Source of the DNA: a virus
Lineage: Duplodnaviria > Heunggongvirae > Uroviricota > Caudoviricetes
DNA length: 64,000 bases
Virus record (IMG/VR): IMGVR_UViG_3300023371_000080
Reading direction: 5' to 3' (one strand)
The notes under the pieces are model-generated. The model was given only the letters and a program-made list of their open reading frames with translations, did no database searches and had not been told where the DNA came from. Position numbers and translations under genes: made by a program. This document shows, piece by piece, positions 58,101-64,000 of this stretch; the first letter of the stretch is position 1, and every line of letters begins with the position of its first letter.

Positions 58101-59255
58101 GCAGACTACATTGGGGCTAAGGATTCGTTGACCATTCAATTAGGTAGCGATGTTAGCTGTTCTGATATTGAAGAGAAAGTTCTTATTGGAGAAAAAACAG
58201 TATTTACTGGCACAAACCATATTGATACAGGCATTAAATTGCTTGCAGAAGATAGGAGTTTTGTTTTAGCCATCGATTATAAGATGGATGAAGAAAATGC
58301 TGCTGGTGCTGTTTTGGCACAATGCTTCTCAGGACTTGATACAAGCGGTTTCCAGTTAGCATATAATAGCGGGGTAAAACTTGCATGGGGCAGTTCGTCT
58401 ATGTCTCCATCGGCTGTTTCAAATCGAGAAATGCTTGTTATTAGGCACATCAAGGGCGAGAATGGCTTGCATGTTTATGCTTCTCAAGTAAAAGCAAATG
58501 CACCTCTGTATGGGCATTTGAGTGGAGCTCACAATATGGCTCATAATGTGTCTCTGGTGTTTGGTTGCAACAAGCTCGAAGATGGTTCTTATGAACAATA
58601 TGGCATGGGAACAATTTATTGGAGTAAAATCTGGTATGCAGATTTGGGTGACGAGATGTGTCATCAACTTGCGTATTGGCCGCATGAAGAATTAACACTT
58701 GAAGCGTGTTGCGAAACTAATGGTTTATTGAAGCGTAATTATTTAAGTGACAATTCTGGTGCACGTTCTTCTGTAACATTTATAGCGTCTACTGTATTAT
58801 CTCAGCCTATGATTATGGACGAATCTTCATCTTCGAATAATGGCGGATGGAAATCATATTCTCTGAATGAATATTTGAATAATAGATTATATTATGCATT
58901 AGCAAGTCAGTGGAGGCAGCTGATTAAGCAAGTCAAAGTTAAATCTTCGGTTGGTAACAAATCTACTGAAATATCTAATTCTGATTGTTATATTTTTGTT
59001 CCTTCGATTACCGAGCTTGCTTCTAGCGTAACGGGAGAACCTTATGTTAGCGAGGGCACATTAATTAGTCATTTTTCTTCAAATGAATCGAGAATTTGCC
59101 GTACATCTGATGGTAATCCCGTACAGTATTGGACGCGTTCTCCGCATGTTGGTTACACTAATTATGTTCATCGAATAGGCGACAATGGTGCACCCCAAGC
59201 GGTTACAGTATTAAATACGCAGGATGTTTATGTTAGAATTATGCTTTCTATGTAA
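52155..59255 (+). CDS. Giant multidomain virion/tail-associated protein (BppU-like N-term, coiled-coil, beta-rich domains, CotH-kinase-like core, LRRs, B-repeat-like units, DUF6273-like C-term)
   Basis: 2366 aa; QGTSS, DNRAKN, YDMDTSLG; LxxLxL repeats; TVTFVNDDGTVL...YTGWD; YWTRSP. Confidence 0.7.
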   Translation: MALSFEESKKQLLAQQAAEAPAMFMMRRAAPASDFWIPHNGYRWFEDYYDDKISTVDDNKNIFVHDSQVNISQEVNSQFVPFEMMRRYDNIDLVNMALSIHFTTSDGYHGASNPVNVEYNDEKIRFAWLVDEKVTHVAGNIKFEIHADGAITDTKGNSYGYRWKSQSTDKFNIVKSLCEDPNCEPVAVSDDWVVEIVESVTASVAEKIAEAEVGAEVAKAEAAAAKAETAASNAESAAETVVNNALVGYSTTTEMQEQIAQAIENADIDNKLTAYAKTETVNALIGDIGESESVVSYVDNAVKGVDVTEQLANYALKDEVPTKLSELENDAEYVTTSEMQEAIDSVDVSEQLVDYAKAKDVDDKISVVQTQVDTNKGDISALSGKVSTNETNIGDLTSNATTLSTKITDLEAAVKEMADQAGYEYYATYGKTTLEATGEEAENVFTLYEVDGSSESVKSQFVITGGSGGGNVAATTLTVTRVTSSPLTITTSDKAIIEFNCTSYDADGETVDCSYTWKKGSSVIMSGSLAQGLNTFDLSEYVTTGTHKFTLTVTDEGGSMSVKTWTVQMVDVHIESSFNDQRTYVAGDTVSFTYTPYGAIPKTVHFKLNGVELESVNTTASGLLQSYTLPAQTHGAHLLEVWMTATVNSVEIETPHIYKDIIWYDSESDIPVIGCIYRYDYYGIVAARQYNATEITYVVYDPSAENPTVIRYVDGVSIGEQTLEGATDTWSYKSSEVGEKILTIECGVTSVEIKLDVAELGINIEPVIAGLAFDFNPTGYSNNDTDRIWSDAKTGIKMSVSDNFDWTNGGYQRDENGDTYFCVKAGTTATINYNLFGSDYDPKATGKEFKFVFKTTNVKKRSSTFLSCIDGETPIGLDMKVENAKIYASNKELYVPYCEEDIIEFEFNINKDTDIPMVMTYEDGVANRPLIYAADSSFMQLAAQPITIGSADCDVHIYRMKAYDTSLTDKEILTNFIADARNADEMIARYNRNQIYDENNALTPETLAEKCPDLRIIMIDAPWFTNDKDDKVGGTTIRQIYKGGDALLDNWTCTGAKHSGQGTSSNKYGYAGRNIRLIMNEDESLFTFNGTNEDGTPITGKKVTFTRGSVPTDYMNIKVNIASSENQNNAQFAQRYNEFNPVVRLAKVDDPKVKDTMEFHNCVVFIRENEEDLTKHREFNDTSWHFYAIGNIGDDKKTDKTRVNDSKDPKECIVEITDFDVPLAEFPTGIGGDYIAPDEFVAGNTAYDNLYSEYAYDEEGKFKAFGAESYEFRYEMKGITDEQRQANIDAWREFYTFVITSTDEEFITNIENYFVLDSALYYYLFTERYLMVDNRAKNSFWHYGKCDDGIYRWDLCFAYDMDTSLGIDNTGKLILSYGQEDVDKDASGAYIYRAAESNFFCRIRDLFADRLKGMFQSRESLGAWSSTSLINQWDKAQSQFPEELWRLDIQRKYLRTYQGISIDNSIAGAQNPMFLEPMLNGRKKYQRRQFERNQELYMATKYVSTFAKDDFIRLRFNNPTNPVVKQDYTLYLTPYTDMYISAEFGNTAPIVFRAKAGVEYPVRRETASDTADIVLIYGASFIQAIGDLSKCYLGDNDFSKASRLQSLTIGSDVEGYENTFMTGLALGNNKLLEYLDIRNITGLNSVVDLSNCNNLIELRAEGSGATGVIFANGGKLEKAYIPAVTSLTMKNLNDLEVLDIASYEKLQKLVAENIHRIDTHAIVDASANLNTVRLVGINWSKNLNIQNTNVLDRMSDMRGVDNDGYENNTPVVTGYIWVASGKDREISEFNELWPYLTIEADAVTKQFTVTFVNDDGTVLDVQYVDAESLPVDPVTRDENPISIPTKASTISTQYEYTGWDSNFIPVWSDQIIKATYTEKVREYTVQYVSNNNVLQTSVAPYGTMVSYNGEIPTYTSGESARKYYLFDSWDKSGYVDGDKAINAIFDSCQYADKYFEGKELSSLRPVEVYMMTKLNAAGIISMADYIGAKDSLTIQLGSDVSCSDIEEKVLIGEKTVFTGTNHIDTGIKLLAEDRSFVLAIDYKMDEENAAGAVLAQCFSGLDTSGFQLAYNSGVKLAWGSSSMSPSAVSNREMLVIRHIKGENGLHVYASQVKANAPLYGHLSGAHNMAHNVSLVFGCNKLEDGSYEQYGMGTIYWSKIWYADLGDEMCHQLAYWPHEELTLEACCETNGLLKRNYLSDNSGARSSVTFIASTVLSQPMIMDESSSSNNGGWKSYSLNEYLNNRLYYALASQWRQLIKQVKVKSSVGNKSTEISNSDCYIFVPSITELASSVTGEPYVSEGTLISHFSSNESRICRTSDGNPVQYWTRSPHVGYTNYVHRIGDNGAPQAVTVLNTQDVYVRIMLSM

Positions 59256-59261
59256 AAGGAG

Positions 59262-59585
59262 ATGGCTAAAATGTATTATAAGGTTTTAAAAAACAATAAA
59301 GTTATTGATGTTTTAGACCGTCTTGATTATGTTAAATATCAATCAAAGCATAAAGCTATGATTGTCTGCCCTCAACATGAGGCGCAGGCAATCATTTCTT
59401 CTGACGGCGAATATATTTGGCATGTGCGTGGATTATATAGGGTTCCCGTGGACGGCTACGACACAGTTGAGCTTTTTGAGATTGATGAATATGAGTATAG
59501 ACAGTTAAAAGTACTAAACTTAAAGACTCCAGAGGAAATTATCGATGCATATACCTTGATGTTATTGGAGGGCAATGTGTTATGA
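59262..59585 (+). CDS. Hypothetical protein
   Basis: 107 aa ORF. Confidence 0.7.
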   Translation: MAKMYYKVLKNNKVIDVLDRLDYVKYQSKHKAMIVCPQHEAQAIISSDGEYIWHVRGLYRVPVDGYDTVELFEIDEYEYRQLKVLNLKTPEEIIDAYTLMLLEGNVL

Positions 59586-59722
59586 ACCAATTTATAAAAA
59601 GCTTGACTAGATTATATCAGCATAATAAAGTTGACGAGAAAAAATTAAAAGAATTATTAACGAATAAAAAAATTAATCAGCAGGAATACACTTATATTAT
59701 TTCTGCTAAGAAGGCGGTGTAA
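59582..59722 (+). CDS. XkdX-like small protein (46 aa)
   Basis: LY...K.....L..L....KI.QQEY.YI pattern; GGAGG RBS. Confidence 0.55.
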   Translation: MNQFIKSLTRLYQHNKVDEKKLKELLTNKKINQQEYTYIISAKKAV

Positions 59723-59723
59723 T

Positions 59724-60590
59724 ATGTACACTATTTTACTCGGCGAAAGTAATGAGCTTATAACAAGTGTGCGAGAAAGAATTATGCAGCGCAGCAAACT
59801 TGTCGATGCTCTTCATTTTCTTGTAGATCCCACATATAAAGGGATTGATATGTCAGACTTCACAGTGACGATGGAGTACGTTACGCCCGTTAGTAGAGAG
59901 TATCGAACTGAGACTCTTGTGAAGTCTGAGGCGCTGTATAAGGAAAGATTAGAATATAAACTTCCTTTTGATACCGATTTAACTAAAGAAGCGGGTAAAA
60001 TTGAAATAACACTTACATTTACTAAGGTAGAAATGGATCCTGATGGCAATGCTATACAGCGTGTTAGAAAAACAAGCCCCGCTACTGTTACAATTATTCC
60101 TTGCGCCGCTTGGTGCAATGTTGTTCCAGATAGTGCTCTTAGCGCCCTTGACCAGAGACTTCTTAAAGTTGATGCGGCCATTTCTGCCCTTAATGATATG
60201 AGTACTTATCTTGATGATAACAAAGCAGACAATATTATTATTGATATGGAGGCAAACACTATTCAGCTTACTGCAAATGGAGCGCCCATAGGAGATAAAT
60301 GCGAAATGCCTGCCAAAGGACATGATTGCGGCATCGAAAGCTTTGTTATTAGCGTAGATGATGAGATTATTATTACTTTGACAACGGGTCAAGTTATTAA
60401 TCTTGGTCAGGTAATCGGGGCGTCTGGCGCAACTTTTGTTCCGCATATTTCGGATGATCTTATTCTCAGCTGGACAAACGATAAAAACTTGGAGAACCCC
60501 AATCCCGTTGATCTTTCGCCTTTTAATGACTGGGTAGAGCTTGGCGACGATGGTGAAGAATCTACCCAGCATAATTGGGAATATATTTAA
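59724..60590 (+). CDS. BppU-like baseplate/tail-associated protein
   Basis: LTKEAGKIEI.L.F and GATFVP..S....LSWTND..L.NP.PV motifs. Confidence 0.55.
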   Translation: MYTILLGESNELITSVRERIMQRSKLVDALHFLVDPTYKGIDMSDFTVTMEYVTPVSREYRTETLVKSEALYKERLEYKLPFDTDLTKEAGKIEITLTFTKVEMDPDGNAIQRVRKTSPATVTIIPCAAWCNVVPDSALSALDQRLLKVDAAISALNDMSTYLDDNKADNIIIDMEANTIQLTANGAPIGDKCEMPAKGHDCGIESFVISVDDEIIITLTTGQVINLGQVIGASGATFVPHISDDLILSWTNDKNLENPNPVDLSPFNDWVELGDDGEESTQHNWEYI

Positions 60591-60648
60591 TTGGTAATGA
60601 CAGTTAAATCTGTTGTTATAAAATATTTTTAGAAAGGAAGGTGAAAAC

Positions 60649-62031
60649 ATGGCAAACGTGCGTTTTCTGAGTGTAAAATTACGCTCAACATTTGATGCGC
60701 TACTTACCAAAGAAGCAAATGCCTTGTATTGGATTGAGGAAACTCAAGAATTATACAAGGGCTCGACGCTTTATGGCACTGGTGCACTCGTAACGGATAA
60801 AGTCGCTGGACTTCTGTCGCCCGAAGACTATGTTAAGTTTCAGGAACTTACGGCTTCTGGTGGCGGACTTAGCAATTTAAAGCCTGTTGATGGAACCATT
60901 AGTATTCTTGATGATGCTAATGGCGGCAAAACTATTAGCGTGGCTATCTCGCCTGACGTTGGAAACCAGCTTGTTGCTGTTGAAGGCGGTTTGTTCGTTC
61001 CTACGGCAGTTGTACCTGAGTACTCTATCGAGAGGCAGACAGAAGCAGAAGATGGGTTTGCAGTCAGCTATAAGCTGAAGAAGACTGTCGACGGCGTCGA
61101 ATTCTATGTAGGAGACACTATTAACATCGCTCGCGACCTCGTATTGAAAAGAGCAACCCTTGAAACAGTAATTGAGGATGGTGTTCCTTATGAAGAGGCG
61201 AAAGTCGGTGATCCTTACATTAAAATGGAGTTTAATGATGCTAATACATCTAATCTCTATATTCCTGTTAAGGGTCTTGTAGACAATTATTCTGCGGGGT
61301 CTGGCATCGAAATTATTGATAACGAAATTAACATTAAGCTTGCCGATGTGTCTCACGGTCTGCATTTTGTGGACGGCGCTATGTCTCTTGCTCTTGCAAC
61401 TCGCAAGGTTGATGGTGCTATGTCTAAGGAAGACAAACTTATCATTGATTCTATTCCTTCTGTTTATGTAGCACGCAAGTATGACATCACGGACACTCCT
61501 GAGGGAACACTTGTAAACTACGGTGAGAAGGAAATCCGTGTTATGTGTCCTGCTGATGCAAAATTCGTTAAACAAACCGTTGGCGCCAATGGCAATCCCA
61601 ATATGTATTATATGACATTCAAGGCGTATGCTCCTGAGGGTGCCGTAAGCTTTAAAGAGGGCGACAGAGGTGTTATTATTGATGAAATACATACCTTCGA
61701 TGATTCTGCTGCAGGAGTAGATGAGTTTGGTCGCAAATATAGCGTTGTTTGGCTTGCTCTCGCATCTTATGACCCCGCTTCTGATACTTGGACTTATTTT
61801 GGTAAGAATTCTTCTGAATCTAAGTATATTGGTTGGGATTACGTGGTAGAGTGGTATGGCGAGAACGGCAAGATTGCTTGCGATTCTATTCGTATCAATC
61901 TTAGTAATGAAGATTGTCATAACAATACTAAGCCTTACTATATGGCTAATTATGTCACCTCTGTTGAGGTAGACGAACTCAAGGAGTCTGTTTATGAAAT
62001 TGAACGGGCTAATACTTGGGGCGAATTATAA
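60649..62031 (+). CDS. Putative tail fibre/structural protein
   Basis: 460 aa; AGLLSPED and DGAMSKEDK fibre-type repeats. Confidence 0.55.
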   Translation: MANVRFLSVKLRSTFDALLTKEANALYWIEETQELYKGSTLYGTGALVTDKVAGLLSPEDYVKFQELTASGGGLSNLKPVDGTISILDDANGGKTISVAISPDVGNQLVAVEGGLFVPTAVVPEYSIERQTEAEDGFAVSYKLKKTVDGVEFYVGDTINIARDLVLKRATLETVIEDGVPYEEAKVGDPYIKMEFNDANTSNLYIPVKGLVDNYSAGSGIEIIDNEINIKLADVSHGLHFVDGAMSLALATRKVDGAMSKEDKLIIDSIPSVYVARKYDITDTPEGTLVNYGEKEIRVMCPADAKFVKQTVGANGNPNMYYMTFKAYAPEGAVSFKEGDRGVIIDEIHTFDDSAAGVDEFGRKYSVVWLALASYDPASDTWTYFGKNSSESKYIGWDYVVEWYGENGKIACDSIRINLSNEDCHNNTKPYYMANYVTSVEVDELKESVYEIERANTWGEL

Positions 62032-62095
62032 TTAAATACTTAAACAATATTAATAATTATTAAAACAAAATTTTAATTTTTAGGAGGAAATTATC

Positions 62096-64000
62096 ATGGC
62101 TAACGAAATGATCAAATTTTTAAGAGGTAACGTAGCTTCCCTTCCTGCAACTGCAACCCCTGGTGCAGTGTATTTTACCAAAGATGAAGGTCTTTACCTT
62201 GGTCTTGAAGATGGTTCCTACCATCGTTATGGTGATTTTATCACTGTAAATGATGTAGCTTCCCTTCCTGCTGACGGCGCACATGAAACTTGCATGTATT
62301 ACTGCGTAGCAGAAAATGTACTTGCTAAGTGGAATGGCTCTAGCTGGACCCAGATTAACAAGCAGAAGACTCTTGCAGAACTTGGTGGTGTAGCTAAGTC
62401 TGTTTACGAGGCTAAGATCGCTCTTCTTGAGAAGGCTGACTCTGATAACGCTACTGCTATTTCTGGTGTTGACACTAGACTTCAGGCAGCAGAAGAGAAG
62501 CTTAAGTCTGTTGCTACTACCGAGGGTCTTGGTGAACTTACTGATCGTGTAACCACTGCAGAGGGCGATATCGATGACCTTGAGGCTGCTATCGGTGAAG
62601 GTGGTTCTGTAACCCTTGCTATCGCTGATGCTAAGCAGGCTGGTCTTGATGCTAAGGCACTTGCTGAGACTAAGACTACTATGGCTGAGGTTGAAGCTAA
62701 GAACTATGCAACCAAGGAAGAAGCTAAGGGTTATGCAGATGCTAAGGATACTGCTATTGGTAATGCTCAGGCCAAGGCGGACGAGGCTTATACTCTTGCT
62801 AGTGGCAAGGCTACTATGGAAGAAGTTAACACCGCTATTGGCAATGCAGGTCACGCTGTAAAGTCCGAGGTTGACCAGGCTATTGCTGATCTCGATGCTG
62901 CTTATAAGAAGGCTGACGGCGACATGAAGACCGAGCTCGAAGGCAAGATTGGCGCAAAGGTTGACCAGTCTGCTTATGATGCTAAGGTTGCTGAGCTTGT
63001 TGGTGCCGACACTACCCTTCAGGGTAACATTGATGCTCTTGCTGGCAAGGTTGGTACTCCTACCGAGGGCAAGACCATCGTTGAGATGATTGCAGACGCT
63101 CAGACTGCTGCTACTTACGATGACACTAAGGTTAAGGAAGACATCAAGGCTAATGCTGATGCTATTGATGCAATCGAAGCAGATTACCTGAAGAAGGCTG
63201 ACAAGGATGGTCTTCAGGAGCAGATTACTGCCAACGCTAATGCGATTACTCTTCTGACTAACGGTGTATCCGCAGAAGAGGTTGATGGTGTTAACGACCT
63301 TATCCAGTATGTTAAGGAGCATGGTCCTGAAGTAACTGGTATGAAGGAAGACATTGCCGATAACGCAAAGGCAATTTCTGACCACGAGACTCTTGCTGCT
63401 GAGACTTATGAAACTAAGACAGATGCTGGCAATAAGCTTACTGAGGCTAAGGGTTACACCGATACCGAGGTAGCTAAGGACAGAGCAAGACTTGATGCTC
63501 TTGAGCTGATTGACCATGACCACTCTAACAAGGGTGTTCTTGACGGCATTACCGCCGAGAAGGTATCCGCTTGGGATGCATCTGAGCAGAATGCTAAGGA
63601 TTATGTTGATGGCAAGATTACCGATCTGAAGATTGGTGACTATGCTAAGCAGTCCGACCTTGATACTCATACTGGAGATACTGTTGCTCACATCACTGCT
63701 GCAGAGCGTGAAGCTTGGAACAAGGCAGAACAGAATGCTAAGGACTATGCAGATGGTCTTGCAGGCAACTATGCCGAAGCTGAGCACGAGCATGTAGTTG
63801 CTGATATTACTGACTTCGAGGATACAGTAGAAGCAAGAATTACCGCTAAGGGTTATGCTACTACTGGTTATGCAGACGACAAGGCTTCTGCCGCTCAGTC
63901 TGCTGCTGAAGCAAAGGCTGCAGAACTTGATTCTGCGCTTAAGACTGAACTTGAGGGCAAGATTACTTCTGGTGATTCTGCTACTCTTGCTTCTGCCAAT
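62096..64000 (+). CDS. Ala/Asp/Lys-rich coiled-coil tail-fibre-like protein, partial (runs off window)
   Basis: TAGGAGG RBS, MANEMIKFLRG...; AKGYAD/AKDYVD repeats; open to window end. Confidence 0.8.
   Translation, partial: MANEMIKFLRGNVASLPATATPGAVYFTKDEGLYLGLEDGSYHRYGDFITVNDVASLPADGAHETCMYYCVAENVLAKWNGSSWTQINKQKTLAELGGVAKSVYEAKIALLEKADSDNATAISGVDTRLQAAEEKLKSVATTEGLGELTDRVTTAEGDIDDLEAAIGEGGSVTLAIADAKQAGLDAKALAETKTTMAEVEAKNYATKEEAKGYADAKDTAIGNAQAKADEAYTLASGKATMEEVNTAIGNAGHAVKSEVDQAIADLDAAYKKADGDMKTELEGKIGAKVDQSAYDAKVAELVGADTTLQGNIDALAGKVGTPTEGKTIVEMIADAQTAATYDDTKVKEDIKANADAIDAIEADYLKKADKDGLQEQITANANAITLLTNGVSAEEVDGVNDLIQYVKEHGPEVTGMKEDIADNAKAISDHETLAAETYETKTDAGNKLTEAKGYTDTEVAKDRARLDALELIDHDHSNKGVLDGITAEKVSAWDASEQNAKDYVDGKITDLKIGDYAKQSDLDTHTGDTVAHITAAEREAWNKAEQNAKDYADGLAGNYAEAEHEHVVADITDFEDTVEARITAKGYATTGYADDKASAAQSAAEAKAAELDSALKTELEGKITSGDSATLASAN

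Noticed and set aside
59979..63793. Long minus-strand ORFs (243, 347, 557 aa)
   Set aside because: Antisense shadows of codon-biased plus-strand structural genes.

Overview
A 64 kb segment of a large SPbeta-like tailed phage or prophage, probably from a Bacillota (Clostridia-like) host. Evidence: AGGAGG RBSs, sigmaA-type promoters, and the gene order YonO-type RNA polymerase, YonK, tRNAs, HU, YonJ, terminase, portal, capsid. Layout: (1) 1-17.6 kb, a leftward arm of mostly hypothetical genes with a reverse transcriptase, an M28-like peptidase, a NUMOD1 protein and a sigma/LuxR-HTH protein. (2) 15.5-18.7 kb, a largely non-coding divergence region with strand-skewed DNA, iteron-like repeats and strong promoters (candidate origin). 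(3) 18.7-31.7 kb, a rightward arm of small hypothetical genes. (4) 31.9-64 kb, RNA polymerase, eight tRNAs, head and tail morphogenesis genes, and very large virion or tail-fibre-like proteins. The standout feature is at 218-2495. A stand-alone RT (YSDD; no obvious retron, DGR or intron hallmarks) is followed directly, overlapping its stop codon, by a tandem array of six ~170-nt structured units. Each unit has covarying 6-8 bp terminal inverted repeats, a conserved ~35-nt block, an unrelated ~75-90 nt hairpin and a small linker hairpin. This looks like a multiplexed retron-like ncRNA/cDNA template array. All annotation is from manual reading; no database searches or folding programs were run.
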